Source: Promethearchaeota archaeon
GTDB taxonomy: Archaea; Asgardarchaeota; Lokiarchaeia; Sigyniarchaeales; SOKP01
Assembly: GCA_019058245.1 (NCBI GenBank)
Contig: JAHPZJ010000005.1
Coordinates: forward strand, 1-40,054
Direction: 5' to 3'
Length of the DNA stretch: 40,054 bases
Below are positions 38,338 through 40,054 of the stretch, piece by piece. How positions within the stretch are numbered: the stretch's first letter is position 1; every line of letters starts with the position of its first letter. Position numbers and translations under genes: made by a program. The notes under the pieces are model-generated. The model was given only the letters and a program-made list of their open reading frames with translations, was not told the origin of the DNA and did not search any database.

Positions 38338-39690
38338 ATGAAAGTTGTAATAATAGGGAATAATGTTGCTGGGACATTCACCGCCCAGAACCTAAGAAAT
38401 CTTAACAATGATATAGAAATAGAGATATATACCCAAGAAAGATACCCTTACTATACAAGAGTCAAACTTCCAGAATTGATATCTGACAAAGTAACAATTG
38501 ATGATTTAATTGTTTTTAAAGAAGATTGGTACAAAAATAAGCGTCTAAATTTACATCTAAACAAAAGAGTTAATGCTCTCAATCCAAGTAATAAAATATT
38601 ACAGATAGAAGGGGAAAATGATCCTGTCGTCTATGATAAACTTGTTTTAGCTCTTGGAAGTACCCCAAATATTCCTTCTATTAAAAATGCTGTTGAAATG
38701 AAGACAGAAAACAAGGGTTTATTTACATTAAGAAGTATTGATGATGCTTTGGACATAAAAGATTTTATCAAAAATAGAAATGCTAAAAATGCAATCGTTA
38801 TAGGAGGGGGTTTACTCGGTTTAGAATTAGCAAATCAAATAAATAATACCAATTTAATGACAACTGTAGTAGAATTCTTTCCACGATTATTACCAAGACA
38901 ATTAGATGAAGATTGTGGTGGAATGTTAAAACAAGAAATTGAAAATAGAGGAATTAAGGTTATTTTAAACTCGGTTACTGAAGAGATATTAGGAAATGGA
39001 ACAGTCTCTGGAATTAAATTAAAAAATGGAAAAATAATAAATGGCGATCTTGTATTAATTCAGGCTGGTATTAGACCCACTATTGATTTGGCTAAAAATG
39101 CTGGATTAAATACAAATAGAGGAATAATTGTTGATGAATTTTTACAAACCAGTGAAAAGGATATCTTTGCTGTAGGGGATTGTATAGAATATAAGGATCA
39201 AATATGGGGTATTATTCCAGCGTGCATGGAACAATCAAAAATTGCAGCAGCTTCATTGCTTGGATTAAAAAAAGTGGATTACAAGGGGACTATACCAAAA
39301 AATACCCTTAAAATAGTTGGATTAGATTTAACCTCGATAGGAATGATAAATCCTGACAAAGAACAAACGGTTGGTTGGGAAATCCTAAGAAGGGCTGACA
39401 AGAAGGATTGTTGCTATCAAAAATTAGTATTAAAAGATAATAAATTGAAAGGAGCAATTTTATTTGGAGAAAATAAAATAATGTCTTATGTATATAATAA
39501 GATGGAAGAAGATGTTGATAAAGATGAACTAAAAAAATTGTTAGATTTACGTACCTATAATTGTAATAAGTGTGGTTCAGAATATGATGAGGCCGAAATG
39601 GGCATTCTCTTTAAGGATTTACCTCCTGATTGGAGATGTCCAAATTGCAAATGTACCAAAAAAGAATTTGTAGGAAATAGTAGTACCTAA
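38338..39690 (+). CDS. FAD/NAD(P)H oxidoreductase (NROR/NirB-like) with C-terminal rubredoxin
   Basis: IIGNNVAG, YDKLVLALGS, IGGGLLGLE, FAVGDC; CNKC...PPDWRCPNC. Confidence 0.92.
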   Translation: MKVVIIGNNVAGTFTAQNLRNLNNDIEIEIYTQERYPYYTRVKLPELISDKVTIDDLIVFKEDWYKNKRLNLHLNKRVNALNPSNKILQIEGENDPVVYDKLVLALGSTPNIPSIKNAVEMKTENKGLFTLRSIDDALDIKDFIKNRNAKNAIVIGGGLLGLELANQINNTNLMTTVVEFFPRLLPRQLDEDCGGMLKQEIENRGIKVILNSVTEEILGNGTVSGIKLKNGKIINGDLVLIQAGIRPTIDLAKNAGLNTNRGIIVDEFLQTSEKDIFAVGDCIEYKDQIWGIIPACMEQSKIAAASLLGLKKVDYKGTIPKNTLKIVGLDLTSIGMINPDKEQTVGWEILRRADKKDCCYQKLVLKDNKLKGAILFGENKIMSYVYNKMEEDVDKDELKKLLDLRTYNCNKCGSEYDEAEMGILFKDLPPDWRCPNCKCTKKEFVGNSST

Positions 39691-39716
39691 TTATATTAGA
39701 AAAGAGGTGATAATAG

Positions 39717-39863
39717 ATTTCAGTATATCGCTGTAAGAGATGTAATTATCTTTATATAAATGAAGAAAATAAGATACCCTTTGAAGAATTAAATGAGATT
39801 GAATATAGATGTCCTAAATGTCGTTCTTCAAAGAAATTCTTTGTTAAAAAAGAAATTCAATAA
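39717..39863 (+). CDS. Rubredoxin-like protein (48 aa), apparent ATT start
   Basis: Not in track; ISVYRCKRCNYLY...FEEL...YRCPKCRSSKKFF; GAGGTGA 6 nt before ATT; in-frame TAG immediately upstream. Confidence 0.8.
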   Translation: MSVYRCKRCNYLYINEENKIPFEELNEIEYRCPKCRSSKKFFVKKEIQ

Positions 39864-40054
39864 AAAGCAAAAACGGAATTATTTATAAAATTAAATAGTC
39901 TTTAAAAACAAAAATAACAGAATCTTCTTTAATCTAAATATTCTACTTATTTCTTATTTTATTTTAACAGATTTTATTCTAATTATAGGTTTAAATTATT
40001 ATTTGTCTAATCTTATTGGATCAATTTATAAAATATTAAATTAATATATTTAAT

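Noticed and set aside
1-40054. tRNA, rRNA, CRISPR arrays, IS elements
   Set aside because: No GC-rich structured RNA, regularly spaced repeats or transposase motifs seen by eye; tRNAscan-SE/Infernal would be needed to exclude small RNAs

Overview
Very AT-rich, gene-dense archaeal chromosomal segment, most likely Asgard archaea (Lokiarchaeia). This is inferred from the archaeal-type AlaRS, DtdA, TFB-like cyclin-fold protein, GGTGA-type Shine-Dalgarno sites and a Rag/Arf-like small GTPase. No rRNA, tRNA, CRISPR array or transposase was recognised. Contents: alaS; an RHH regulator divergent from a Cys-rich peptide plus PLP fold-II enzyme; three Cys-bearing Lrp/AsnC paralogues around a ferredoxin; a co-oriented ArsR - Rag-like GTPase - MASE3/PAS histidine kinase - receiver/longin fusion - Hsp20 run; a thiol-redox block (TrxR, two PDOs, FTR-like, glutaredoxins, CCG protein); glyA with a degenerate serB; an ACD alpha subunit; Isf; and a clade-D (CooS-V-like) CODH/HCP-family locus with a shared 16-bp operator. 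Best candidate for an undescribed system: a response regulator whose output domain looks like an FLCN/SMCR8/NPRL2-type longin domain with an Arg at the arginine-finger position, encoded two genes from a Rag-like GTPase, i.e. possible two-component control of a eukaryote-like GTPase switch. Also notable: apparent non-AUG (AUC/AUU) starts behind strong SD sites and an exact 116-bp duplication with a templated junction. All family calls are by eye from motifs; no database searches were run.
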